This document shows positions 19,051 through 28,412 of a DNA stretch of 64,000 nt, piece after piece. A model generated the notes under the pieces. It was not told the origin of the DNA. It was given only the letters and a program-made list of their open reading frames with translations, and did not search any database. The DNA comes from an uncultured Methanosarcinales archaeon (GTDB taxonomy: Archaea > Nanobdellota > Nanobdellia > Woesearchaeales > CAYMBN01): positions 76,962-140,961 of the forward strand of contig CAYMBN010000001.1 of NCBI GenBank assembly GCA_964388715.1, in the 5' to 3' direction. The translations under genes and the position numbers were made by a program. Each line of letters starts with the position of its first letter. The first letter of the stretch is position 1.

Positions 19051-20951
19051 ATCACAGGAACATCTGGGTTGTATTTTAATCCGTAGATGAAGATGTGTTG
19101 CCAGAATAGATATCTTTTTCTTATGACACGTACTGCAAAGCCTGCTTCCTTGAAGAACTTCTTGATTGTTTCATCATCGTGGATCCATTCTATATTAGGA
19201 AGGATTCCAAAGAATTTGTCGTATTCAACAAAACAGATTCTGCCTGCTTCTGGAAGGATCTTGCTCATCTGTGACAGAACCTTTTTCATGTCTTGAATGT
19301 TGCTGATTGAACCTATTGAAACAATTGCGTCAACATTTTTTATTACTGGGTGTGTTCTTTCAAAATGTTTATCATCATGTAAGAATCTTACATTTGTATG
19401 GCCTTTTTTGTCTATTCTTTTTTTAGTAACTTTTAAGTTTTTTAATGAGATGTCTGTTGCATATACTTTTCCCTCATTTCCTACTTTAGCTGCTAAATCT
19501 TTTGTTAGTGTACCTACATTGCAGCCAAATTCATAGACTTTTTTATCTTTGATACTACCAAGTAAAGATATTATTTCTTTTCTTATTGAAGGAGGTGTTG
19601 TTAAGAAGTCGCCAATTACCATGAAAGGTGTCATCATGTCTTTAATGAATTGTGTGACTTTTGGATTATAATATACATTGACAAGTAAGTAGACTGGCGC
19701 GCCAACAATTATGAATGATAAACCAAGATTGAACAAAGCAAGAGCGCCTTTTTCATATATGATCCACATTACAATTAAACTTATGTTGAATAATATAATT
19801 ATTATTGGACCAATTTTGCCAAGAGGTGCTTTGTATGGTCTTATTATGTGTGGTTTTTTGTAACGTAGTACAACTAAAGCTAACATTACAACTGAATACA
19901 TGAAAAGTGCCATTGGAAGTAGTAATGAAAGTAGTGTTTGGTATGAACCAAAACCTACTATGATAAGGATTGAACTGATTATTGTCTGGAAAACAATTGC
20001 TTTATGAGGTGTTCCATGTTTAGGGTGGATAACTGACATGTGTGCAGGAAATAGTTTGTCTTTTGCTAATGCTAGGATTAATCTTGGAGCAGCTACTATC
20101 CAGCCTGCAACAGAGCCTATAATTGAAAGGTAAACAAGGATTGTAAATATGTCTGTGAATTTGGTGCCGTAGATAACTTTTGCAAGGTCTGACAATGGTG
20201 CAATTGAACCACCAAAAACACTCCATTTTATTGTTGATAATGATGCTAATACAAATATAAGGGAAATAATTGCAATTATTATTGTTCCAAGGATAAGTGC
20301 TTTTGGTACGTTTCTTTCTGGGTCATTTGTTTCTTCTGCTAAAAAGGATGTTGTTTCCCATCCAAAGAATGTTTCTGCAATGTAAAACAAAGCTACAAAA
20401 ATCATTGGGAATGCAAATGGAAAGAATGGTGAAAAGTTTGAAGGAGAGAATTGAAATAAACCTGGGACAAAGATAAGTCCAAGTGTGATCATAGTTATTA
20501 TACCAAATGCAACCAACATTGTTGCACTTGTTTTCATGCCACGATATGCCATGTAATTGAAAATCAGGATAAAGAAAAGGCATATTCCAATCTTAATAAT
20601 GTTTGCTGGGAATGGAAGTAGATATTGGATTGCACCTACAATTAACATTGCGATTGTTATGTTTCCTGCTAAAAGAGTTGTCCAACCAAGTATAAATGAA
20701 AATGCTCTTCCAAATGCTTGTTTTGTATATTCGTAAACACCTCCTGAGTATGGAAACATAGAAGCAAGTTCTGCAAAACACATTGAAATATAAATTCCTA
20801 TAACAGAAAGTATTGCCCATGATACCAATGAAGCAGGACCTGCATATTTTGCACCTATTGCTGGCAGAAAAAAGATGCCTGTTCCAAGAATAGAATTTAC
20901 TGTGATTAAAAGTAAGACAGGAAAACTCAACACTCTTTTTAATTGTGGCAT
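19047..20951 (-). CDS. APC-family amino acid permease fused to a C-terminal class I SAM-dependent methyltransferase domain
   Basis: LGTGIFFLP, AELASMFPYSGG, AEETNDP, about 12 TMs; then VYEFGCNVG, VYATDIS, LPEAGRICFVE. Confidence 0.88.
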   Translation of the reverse strand: MPQLKRVLSFPVLLLITVNSILGTGIFFLPAIGAKYAGPASLVSWAILSVIGIYISMCFAELASMFPYSGGVYEYTKQAFGRAFSFILGWTTLLAGNITIAMLIVGAIQYLLPFPANIIKIGICLFFILIFNYMAYRGMKTSATMLVAFGIITMITLGLIFVPGLFQFSPSNFSPFFPFAFPMIFVALFYIAETFFGWETTSFLAEETNDPERNVPKALILGTIIIAIISLIFVLASLSTIKWSVFGGSIAPLSDLAKVIYGTKFTDIFTILVYLSIIGSVAGWIVAAPRLILALAKDKLFPAHMSVIHPKHGTPHKAIVFQTIISSILIIVGFGSYQTLLSLLLPMALFMYSVVMLALVVLRYKKPHIIRPYKAPLGKIGPIIIILFNISLIVMWIIYEKGALALFNLGLSFIIVGAPVYLLVNVYYNPKVTQFIKDMMTPFMVIGDFLTTPPSIRKEIISLLGSIKDKKVYEFGCNVGTLTKDLAAKVGNEGKVYATDISLKNLKVTKKRIDKKGHTNVRFLHDDKHFERTHPVIKNVDAIVSIGSISNIQDMKKVLSQMSKILPEAGRICFVEYDKFFGILPNIEWIHDDETIKKFFKEAGFAVRVIRKRYLFWQHIFIYGLKYNPDVPVI

Positions 20952-20993
20952 ATAGAGAATATATTATTTGTTATTTATAAGATTTGCTAAATT

Positions 20994-21392
20994 TTATGCA
21001 TCGATTCTTGTGTTAATTGAAACATAACCTGCTTTTTTTGCATCCTTATAGATTGAAACATCAATTGTGCCTGTGTTAGATCCATTTGGTTTTAGTTTGA
21101 ATTGCATTGGTTCTTGTTCCATATGTTTAACACCTGAACCTTGTTCTGTAAAATGAAAGTTTTGGTAATAATCTGTTCCAGGACAAACAAATCTGAGTCC
21201 ACCATTAACTTCAACAAAAACATCATAAACCCCAACCATTGCATCTCTATCCATTTTTTCTGTTACAATTATCACTGTACTTTTAGGTTGTGGTTTTACT
21301 TCAAGAATAAGTTTTCCATCTTTTACTGTTAAATCTGTACGAATGTTAAGATAATCTTGTTGAATTTCTTTTATTTCTGTTTCAATGTTCAT
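20994..21392 (-). CDS. Hypothetical beta-rich protein (probable paralogue of the next gene)
   Basis: 132 aa; ATGA-coupled to its neighbour; shared C-terminal pattern. Confidence 0.6.
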   Translation of the reverse strand: MNIETEIKEIQQDYLNIRTDLTVKDGKLILEVKPQPKSTVIIVTEKMDRDAMVGVYDVFVEVNGGLRFVCPGTDYYQNFHFTEQGSGVKHMEQEPMQFKLKPNGSNTGTIDVSIYKDAKKAGYVSINTRIDA

Positions 21393-21712
21393 TGATTGAT
21401 CAGCTCTGTTTCAATTGAGGCTGTGTAATGGCCAACTTCTTGATAATCTTCTAATATTACTAATTCACATAAAGCTGTTTCTTTATTTGGAGATTGTAAA
21501 TGTAATTTATATTTTAATGGTGAACCATTGATGACCTTGGTGTGTTTTTGAAAATTACTTAATTTAACAGAAGCATAAGCACTAACCCTTATTGCATGAC
21601 CTACTTCAGAACTTACTACAAAATGAATACCTCCATTTTCTCTTGAAAAATAACATTTAGGTTCTACTCTGCATGCAAGTCTTCCTGGTTTTGGTTCAAC
21701 TTTAATTTTCAT
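21389..21712 (-). CDS. Hypothetical beta-rich protein
   Basis: Overlapping start/stop with the downstream gene. Confidence 0.6.
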   Translation of the reverse strand: MKIKVEPKPGRLACRVEPKCYFSRENGGIHFVVSSEVGHAIRVSAYASVKLSNFQKHTKVINGSPLKYKLHLQSPNKETALCELVILEDYQEVGHYTASIETELINQ

Positions 21713-21770
21713 ACTGCAACAGCGATAAGTTAGCATTTATATAGTTAACTGTTTTGGAAAAAAAATGTTA

Positions 21771-22445
21771 TCAGTTTTGTTGTTCATAATGTTCTTTTAT
21801 GAATGAAATAATTGTATCAGGAGTAATAACTCCTCCTACTTCTACATGTGGGAAATCAAAATTAAGTTTATACAAGGCTCTTTTACCTCCCCATCCACCT
21901 AAAATTAAAACTGGTTGTTTAACAAACCTTCCTACAATCTGTTGTAGTTTTCTATCTTTAATTTCTGAATTTGATAAATGCATAATAATCAAATCATACT
22001 TTTTATAAAACGTTGTGAAATGAGAAGACCCACAGTAATCAATATCATAACCACTTTGTTTAATAGGTTTAACAACTTCTTCTCTCATTTTTTCACTGTG
22101 ATCTTCGTCAATTAAATGATCAAAAAATCCAACCCTAAATCTTCTCTGATGATCTTCAAAATTACCAACTAATCTACATTCTGAATATAGTTCTGCGTTC
22201 CTCGCACATAAATCATCATATTCTCCTTGATTTTGAGAAACATGTTCATCAAACTTTTCTCTAGAAACCCACATGTCTAGTGTAACATATTTTCCTGGTT
22301 GTTCTTCATCTTTCAAAAGTTGGGTATCAATAAAAAAATCACTTTTCTTGAAAAACTTTTCCCAATCACCTTTAGGACCATTTAATATATTAAAAAGTCT
22401 GTCGTTATCTGGTTCAACATAATATTGAAAGATTCTTCTTAACAT
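21771..22445 (-). CDS. ABM (dimeric alpha-beta barrel)-like domain plus receiver-like domain
   Basis: GPKGDW.KFF..TQLLKD..YVTLDMW.S in the N-half; YDLIIMH and PVLILGG in the C-half. Confidence 0.6.
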   Translation of the reverse strand: MLRRIFQYYVEPDNDRLFNILNGPKGDWEKFFKKSDFFIDTQLLKDEEQPGKYVTLDMWVSREKFDEHVSQNQGEYDDLCARNAELYSECRLVGNFEDHQRRFRVGFFDHLIDEDHSEKMREEVVKPIKQSGYDIDYCGSSHFTTFYKKYDLIIMHLSNSEIKDRKLQQIVGRFVKQPVLILGGWGGKRALYKLNFDFPHVEVGGVITPDTIISFIKEHYEQQN

Positions 22446-22546
22446 TGTTTTACTTAACACTTACCACTATTTATAAATTTTTCCTTTTGTTACTACTCTT
22501 TGAAAGCAAAAGATTTAAAAAGAACCCCAGAAGAATATAGTTTAAA

Positions 22547-23326
22547 ATGGTATTTAATATTGAGAAATTGATTGAAAGATTTGAACTTCAAAGAGATGTC
22601 ATGAGAGATGATTTTCATTGTCTTACTGGTGCATTGTATCTTTTAGGTTTAGATGAAGAAGAAACACCTCATGACATTGAGGATTTTGAGGATTACAAAG
22701 GATTTTTTGATGAAGTTGAATCTAGAGAGGAAGCTGATTTAATTCATGTCTATTATCCAGTACAACATTTTATTGTTATTAATCCTGAAGATAAGGATGA
22801 GATTTTCTATAGAGAAACAGGTGGAGTAAAAATTATTAGAGAACTATTTGGTAGACTTGAAGGAAGATGTGTTATGGCATGTATGGATTTTGAGGATTAT
22901 GGTTTTACATATTATAAATTAAAGTCAGACATTGATCAAGCTATTGAAAAGGTTAGAAGGGATATGGAAAAAGCTGGAATGAGTGGAGATTATATTGCTA
23001 AAAACTTAATAGTACCTTTATTAAATTTAAGGAATGCTGGAGAGTGTGAAACTAATGAATTAAAAGGATATAAAGAAGCTGCTTCTCATTGCCATGTTTT
23101 AGCAAGTTCAAGACCACCTGTAATTGATGAGTTTACTGATTTTAATAGAGTACTAAATAAATTTAGTTCTTATAAATCTTGGAGATTATTAGAAGAAGAT
23201 GTTAAAATGGACAATCCAGAATATGTAATGGAAAGATATGATCAATTAAAAGGTGCGCAGAAGTTTATTATTGATTATTATTTTGGACAGGAAGTTAAAG
23301 AAGTTATGTCTCAAATTCCAAAATAA
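22547..23326 (+). CDS. Hypothetical protein
   Basis: 259-aa ORF with upstream TATA-like element. Confidence 0.65.
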   Translation: MVFNIEKLIERFELQRDVMRDDFHCLTGALYLLGLDEEETPHDIEDFEDYKGFFDEVESREEADLIHVYYPVQHFIVINPEDKDEIFYRETGGVKIIRELFGRLEGRCVMACMDFEDYGFTYYKLKSDIDQAIEKVRRDMEKAGMSGDYIAKNLIVPLLNLRNAGECETNELKGYKEAASHCHVLASSRPPVIDEFTDFNRVLNKFSSYKSWRLLEEDVKMDNPEYVMERYDQLKGAQKFIIDYYFGQEVKEVMSQIPK

Positions 23327-23355
23327 TATAAACAAAATTAGTTTTTTAGCTTACA

Positions 23356-24789
23356 ATGAAAGATATTAACTCAGTGGAATGGTTACCTCTTGTAACGAGA
23401 AATATTTCTCTTTTACAAAATTACTTTATTTGCCTAAGTAAACAAGAGTATTATAAACTGTATGGGTTAAATACAAGCATTAATGTGTTGTACATTAGCA
23501 TAGGGACCCATGTTAGTATGTTTAAAGATAAAGTAACTTGTCAAATTTTTGATGACACTATAAGGAAAAAAGTTAAAAATCCTAATTTTTCAAGAAATAT
23601 AAAGAAACTTTATTTTTCCCTTGGTAAAAATCTGATTAAGAAAGCAATTATCTGTGGAAAAGATGATTTAAAAAATAAAACGCAAACTGTTAATAACTTT
23701 AAAAAGTTTTGTGATGCAAATAGTAAATTAAGTTTTGGTTTAGCATATACTTCTTACATTGGTAATACTTTACAAGATCTTACTCAAGAAAGGTTTAAAG
23801 ATGAGAAACTAATCTCAATTCTTTCAATGCCAAACAAATTAGTGCCGTTTATGGAGCAAAAGTATGATTTATTGAGAATAGGTGCTAAGATCCAGAAAAG
23901 AAAGAAAAGTAAAAAATGGGTTCAAAAAGAATTAGCTAAACATAATAGGAAGTTTAGAGCAATTCCTGTTAATTTTATAGATCAACCATGGGATATTAAG
24001 TTTTTTAAAGAACAGTTGAATGAATTGTTAAAACAAGATTGTGATAAGAAATTAAAAAAATTAAAGGTAAATCATAGGAAAATAAGAAAAAAACAAGATA
24101 AAATTACAAAAAAACTAAGTAAAAAGGATAAACTTCTTGTTGAGGCTGCACAAACTGCAACATATCTTAATGAATACAGGAAATTTATTTTTTGTAATAC
24201 TAATTTAATCATTAGACCTTTTTTACAGAGAATTGCAAAGAAGTATGGTTTAAAAGATTGGCTTGAAGTAACTTTTTTAACACCATACGAAATAATTGAT
24301 TTATTAAAATATGGGAAAGTGGATAAAAACATAATAAAACAAAGAAAAAAAGGTTATTGTTTACTTATATTAAATAAAAAAATCCGTCTCCTAAATAAAA
24401 AAGAACAAAAATATGTTCTTAAAAATTTCCAAGTGAAAGCTCCTAGAAAGCATAAAGTTACAAAAAAGATTAAACAAGTAAAAGGAATAATTGCTTCTAC
24501 AGGAAAAACAACTGGAATAGCTAAAGTGATCTATTCTTCAAAAGATTTCCATAGGTTTAAACAAGGAGAGATATTGGTTGCAAAGATGACTTCTGTTGAT
24601 TTTATGCCAATCATATCAAAAGCTTCTGCAATTGTAACAGATGAAGGAGGAATAACTTGTCATGCTGCAATTGTTTCTAGAGAGATGGGTATTCCGTGTG
24701 TGATTGGAACTAAGATTGCTACTAAAGTAATTAAAGATGGTGATCTTGTAGAAGTTGATGCTGATAATGGTGTTGTTAAGAAATTATGA
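23356..24789 (+). CDS. PEP-utilising enzyme mobile (phospho-His swivel) domain protein
   Basis: C-terminal GEILVAKMT, TDEGGITCHAAIVSREMGIPCVIG, VEVDADNG; no ATP-grasp domain recognised. Confidence 0.88.
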   Translation: MKDINSVEWLPLVTRNISLLQNYFICLSKQEYYKLYGLNTSINVLYISIGTHVSMFKDKVTCQIFDDTIRKKVKNPNFSRNIKKLYFSLGKNLIKKAIICGKDDLKNKTQTVNNFKKFCDANSKLSFGLAYTSYIGNTLQDLTQERFKDEKLISILSMPNKLVPFMEQKYDLLRIGAKIQKRKKSKKWVQKELAKHNRKFRAIPVNFIDQPWDIKFFKEQLNELLKQDCDKKLKKLKVNHRKIRKKQDKITKKLSKKDKLLVEAAQTATYLNEYRKFIFCNTNLIIRPFLQRIAKKYGLKDWLEVTFLTPYEIIDLLKYGKVDKNIIKQRKKGYCLLILNKKIRLLNKKEQKYVLKNFQVKAPRKHKVTKKIKQVKGIIASTGKTTGIAKVIYSSKDFHRFKQGEILVAKMTSVDFMPIISKASAIVTDEGGITCHAAIVSREMGIPCVIGTKIATKVIKDGDLVEVDADNGVVKKL

Positions 24790-25509
24790 GTTTAATAATT
24801 CTTCTTCCATGAAATGAAGTTTGCCTGGGATGATTAAGCATTGAGGGAATTTATTGGTTTCTATTTCGCTTAGGTTTTCTAAAGTATCGTATTTGATGAA
24901 TGGTTCATCTGTGCCTAGTGCTGCGCATGCGATTGCTTTTGCATCTTTTCCTAAACCTTGTTTTGTTAGATATTTAATTGCTTGTTTAAAATCCATGTAT
25001 TTATTGTTTTTTGGGTCTAAGTCAAATAAGAAAAGAGTGTGTAAACCAAGTTTTAGGTTGTCTTTGAGAACAAGAATTGGTGATTTAACATCTTTGTTAT
25101 TGAAAGGAATTGATGTGACTTTGCCATATTTGTAAAGTTCAAGTCCAACAATGCCTATTGCTGTTAAGACAGATGCGTTGTGTACAACTCTTACTTTGAT
25201 TTCTGCTTCTTTTGCTCTTTGCATAATATCAACATGTGTTGTTGCTGAGAAAATATCACCGATAACTAGGAATGCAACTTCATGGTCTTTTGCATTGTTA
25301 AGTATTTCTTCTGCTTTTTTTTCAACAAGAGGTCTGTCTGCTAGGATGATTTTTTTTCCATAGAAAGTTTCTAGGTTTTGTATTGAGCATTGTAGTTTTG
25401 ATGTGTAGGATTCTAAGTAGATGAAATCGCATTTTTTAACAAGTTCAAGACCTTTCACACTAATATCTTTTTCATCTGCAAGGCCGATTCCTATCATGTT
25501 GAGTGTCAT
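24784..25509 (-). CDS. dph5: Diphthine synthase
   Basis: IGIGL.DEKDISVKGLE, ESYTS, GDIFSATTH, GLELYKYGK, GLHTL. Confidence 0.96.
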   Translation of the reverse strand: MTLNMIGIGLADEKDISVKGLELVKKCDFIYLESYTSKLQCSIQNLETFYGKKIILADRPLVEKKAEEILNNAKDHEVAFLVIGDIFSATTHVDIMQRAKEAEIKVRVVHNASVLTAIGIVGLELYKYGKVTSIPFNNKDVKSPILVLKDNLKLGLHTLFLFDLDPKNNKYMDFKQAIKYLTKQGLGKDAKAIACAALGTDEPFIKYDTLENLSEIETNKFPQCLIIPGKLHFMEEELLNS

Positions 25510-25551
25510 ATTTAGTGGAAAGTGCTGGTTTATTTAAAAAGATTACTAAAA

Positions 25552-26844
25552 TTAAATCAAAACCAGTGCAATCACTCCAAGCAGGATTAAGAATCCTAGT
25601 CCACCCATTATAATAATAGGAGATATGTCTTTTTTATTTTCTGGTGTGATTTCTTGAATCGCTTTTGTTGTTATTTTGTTTGTTGTTGTTGGTTCTTGTG
25701 TTGTGCTTGTTGTTGCTGCGCATTCCACTTTTGAAACAGTTAATGTTTCTTCAATTTCATCATTACCGTATATAACTTTGACTGTTAAAGGATATTTTCC
25801 TAGTTCAACTGTTTCAAGATTGAAATAATATTTTTTACTTAATTTGTTGTTTTCTTTAATAGTTAGTTTAAGTTGTTTATTGATTCCTAGTTTGTCGCTG
25901 ATTATGTTTAGTGTAACATCTTCATCTTCCTGACCTGTGTTAAGTAGTTCTATGTCAAGAGCAAGTGTGTTTTTGCAAGAAAGTTGGGAAACTTCTGCAC
26001 TTGTAATTAAGATATCGTGTTTTTCTTTGTCAACTTCTAAAGTGTATTTTGATTCAAGTTTATGCTTTAAACCATAACCATCTTTTGCATAGAATTTTAG
26101 TTCAAGGTCATAGTCATCTGAATCAAGTTCAAGTGGAAGGTTAATAGTTACTTTTAGTTTTTTATCGTCGGCAGCTGAAATATCTCTTTCATCTGATTCA
26201 AGTTCAATGTCAAGGTCGTCTATGATTGCTTCAAAATAAACATCTTCTAAGTCAATGTCTTCTGTGTTTGTGTAAAGGTTTTCAAGTTCTGCTTCAATTT
26301 CAAGTTTTGATCCTGGCTTGATATCAACTATGCCTGATTCTCTTTTACCATTAACTTCAAATTCAACATCTTTGATCTTAAGTTTTTCGCATAGAGATTC
26401 ATAACTAACAAAACCAGGTTTTTCCGCAGATTCCAATAAGTTCCAACTGGAATCATATCTTTCATAAGCAAAGTTAGTTGCAATAATCTCATTACTTTGA
26501 CTAATTTTATAATCACCTAAACCAGCATAATTAGGTGGAACATCAAATTGATTATCTCCTTTAATCCAAAAAAACCAGCCATAAAATTTATCTCCTACTG
26601 TTTTAGCTCCAACCCCATTCACAGACGCAAGATAAGGCATCCTAGTTACAACACCATTAATAGTCATCTCCACATCTACATTTTGATCATCGAATTTGTT
26701 TAAAACATCATAAGCAGAATCTCCTTTGCTTATGTCAACACATCCTTTGTAAACATCTCCTTGTACGTCAACTATAACACCTGTTTTTAGTGCAAAAGCA
26801 CATGGAATTAAAACCAACATTAATAAAATAATATATCTCTTCAT
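25552..26844 (-). CDS. Surface-anchored protein: DUF4430-like domain, Ig-like domains, Thr-rich linker, C-terminal TM
   Basis: Signal peptide; SAYDVL..LASVNGV..YGWFFW; LLNTGQEDEDV CARDB-like segment; TTSTTQEPTTT; hydrophobic C-tail. Confidence 0.7.
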   Translation of the reverse strand: MKRYIILLMLVLIPCAFALKTGVIVDVQGDVYKGCVDISKGDSAYDVLNKFDDQNVDVEMTINGVVTRMPYLASVNGVGAKTVGDKFYGWFFWIKGDNQFDVPPNYAGLGDYKISQSNEIIATNFAYERYDSSWNLLESAEKPGFVSYESLCEKLKIKDVEFEVNGKRESGIVDIKPGSKLEIEAELENLYTNTEDIDLEDVYFEAIIDDLDIELESDERDISAADDKKLKVTINLPLELDSDDYDLELKFYAKDGYGLKHKLESKYTLEVDKEKHDILITSAEVSQLSCKNTLALDIELLNTGQEDEDVTLNIISDKLGINKQLKLTIKENNKLSKKYYFNLETVELGKYPLTVKVIYGNDEIEETLTVSKVECAATTSTTQEPTTTNKITTKAIQEITPENKKDISPIIIMGGLGFLILLGVIALVLI

Positions 26845-27203
26845 TCTTCTTCACCATATTCAAATTTTATTATGTCCCCATCCTGAGGATAATATCTATC
26901 AACTGATTTGAGTATAAGTTGATCATTAACTTTAAATTGCCACCAGAAATTGTTTTTTATGCAAACTTCATCAATGCATTTAAGCATTTGATTGAACATC
27001 TTAATATTATGATTTAGTTTAAGAAGTTCAAGTACACTTTGACCATTAATATTCAATTCTTGTTGTGTAGTATTCCCAATTGTTTTAATAATCAATACTG
27101 TCTTTCCTTGGTTGTTGTGTTTTTCTTCTAAACTTTTTAAACCAATTAAACTTAGTATTAATATTATACTTATTAAGAATATTAACACATATCTCTTTTT
27201 CAT
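26841..27203 (-). CDS. DUF4430 (transcobalamin beta-domain-like) membrane-anchored protein
   Basis: N-terminal TM; SVLELL..CIDEV..FWWQFKVNDQ..SVDRYYPQDGDIIKFEY. Confidence 0.8.
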   Translation of the reverse strand: MKKRYVLIFLISIILILSLIGLKSLEEKHNNQGKTVLIIKTIGNTTQQELNINGQSVLELLKLNHNIKMFNQMLKCIDEVCIKNNFWWQFKVNDQLILKSVDRYYPQDGDIIKFEYGEEE

Positions 27204-27786
27204 TAAATCCCCCCTTGTCTTCTACAAATTTCTTTGTAAAAGGTAATGCTAATGCAAATATGATATTAGAAATGACATGGATAAGTGTGAAAGGTAGTGC
27301 TAGTGCAAATGCAACAAATATTGATGAGCCAATCATTAATGGAGTAAAGCCATTCATTATGATTTCGAATGTTAAAGTTGCTAGTGTAGTAATTCCAATG
27401 ACTTCTAGATAGGAAGCTTTTTTTCTTAGTAAACCACCAAGCCAACCTGCTGCTCCAAAACCAATTGCTTGGAATATTGTCCATGGGCCTTGACCGCCAA
27501 ACATGAAAAAGTTTGATATATATAACGAAGATGCTCCTACTAAAAGTCCTCTTGATGAACCAAATAACCAACCTGCTAGGATTGCGAAAAATGTTAAAGG
27601 TTCTGCAGAAGGTATTGCTTGCATTGGTATTCTAATTAACGCAGCGCCGACTGTGAAGCCAATTAACATAAGAGCTTCAAGTAATTTAAGGACTTGTAGT
27701 TGTTTTTGGACTGCTTTGAGAGCTATTTTTTGCTCTGAACTGGTTTTTTCCTTTTGTTTTAACTTGGTTTTTTGTTTGTTGGACAT
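27085..27786 (-). CDS. ECF transporter S component (CbrT-like)
   Basis: About 6 TMs; PSAEPLTF, SNFFMFGGQGPWTIFQ, ALPFTLIHVISN. Confidence 0.85.
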   Translation of the reverse strand: MSNKQKTKLKQKEKTSSEQKIALKAVQKQLQVLKLLEALMLIGFTVGAALIRIPMQAIPSAEPLTFFAILAGWLFGSSRGLLVGASSLYISNFFMFGGQGPWTIFQAIGFGAAGWLGGLLRKKASYLEVIGITTLATLTFEIIMNGFTPLMIGSSIFVAFALALPFTLIHVISNIIFALALPFTKKFVEDKGGFNEKEICVNILNKYNINTKFNWFKKFRRKTQQPRKDSIDY

Positions 27787-27833
27787 TATATCCAATAGAA
27801 AGTATTAAATAGTTTAAATATTTTTTGTTTAGT

Positions 27834-28412
27834 ATGGTAGGAAACATAAGTAATTATGAAGATATTGATGTATTGCGTGTTTTTCTTAGAGTTAATGGTA
27901 AAACACCTAGGAAAGAGTTAAGTGAAGAGCTTTGTTTAGGTGAAGGTTCTGTGAAATCTATACTTAATTTGTTGAAGAAGCAGAGATTATTGAAGTCAAC
28001 TAAGAAAGGGCATTTTTTAGGTAGGAAAGGGGTTAATTTGAAGGAGGATATTGATAAACAGATTTCTAAAATTAAAAAAGTAAAGATAGATTTTTTCAAA
28101 GGATTAAAAGGAGGAGCAATTTTAGTTAGGAATTCTAGGAAAGAAGTTAATTATAAGATAAGAGATATTGCTATTCGAAATGGTGCAGAAGCTGCGCTTT
28201 TGTTTGAGTTTAAAGAGAAATTGTTTATGCCACAGTGTGAACAGGATTTGTTTGATGTTTCACAATTAGAAGGATTATTTGATTATTCTAATGGAGATGT
28301 TTTAGTGATTGTCTTTGCAAAAGAGATTATGGTTGTTGAGAGAGCATTATTGAATGTTTCGTTAGGATTGAGTAAGAAGTTAGATAGGATTTTTAATGAA
28401 TTATTCAATTAA
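27834..28412 (+). CDS. Archaeal wHTH transcriptional regulator (DUF4443/DUF2111-like)
   Basis: RKELSEELCLGEGSVKSIL..LK HTH; KGH.L..KG wing; RDIAIRNGAEAA C-domain; divergent from the ECF gene. Confidence 0.78.
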   Translation: MVGNISNYEDIDVLRVFLRVNGKTPRKELSEELCLGEGSVKSILNLLKKQRLLKSTKKGHFLGRKGVNLKEDIDKQISKIKKVKIDFFKGLKGGAILVRNSRKEVNYKIRDIAIRNGAEAALLFEFKEKLFMPQCEQDLFDVSQLEGLFDYSNGDVLVIVFAKEIMVVERALLNVSLGLSKKLDRIFNELFN

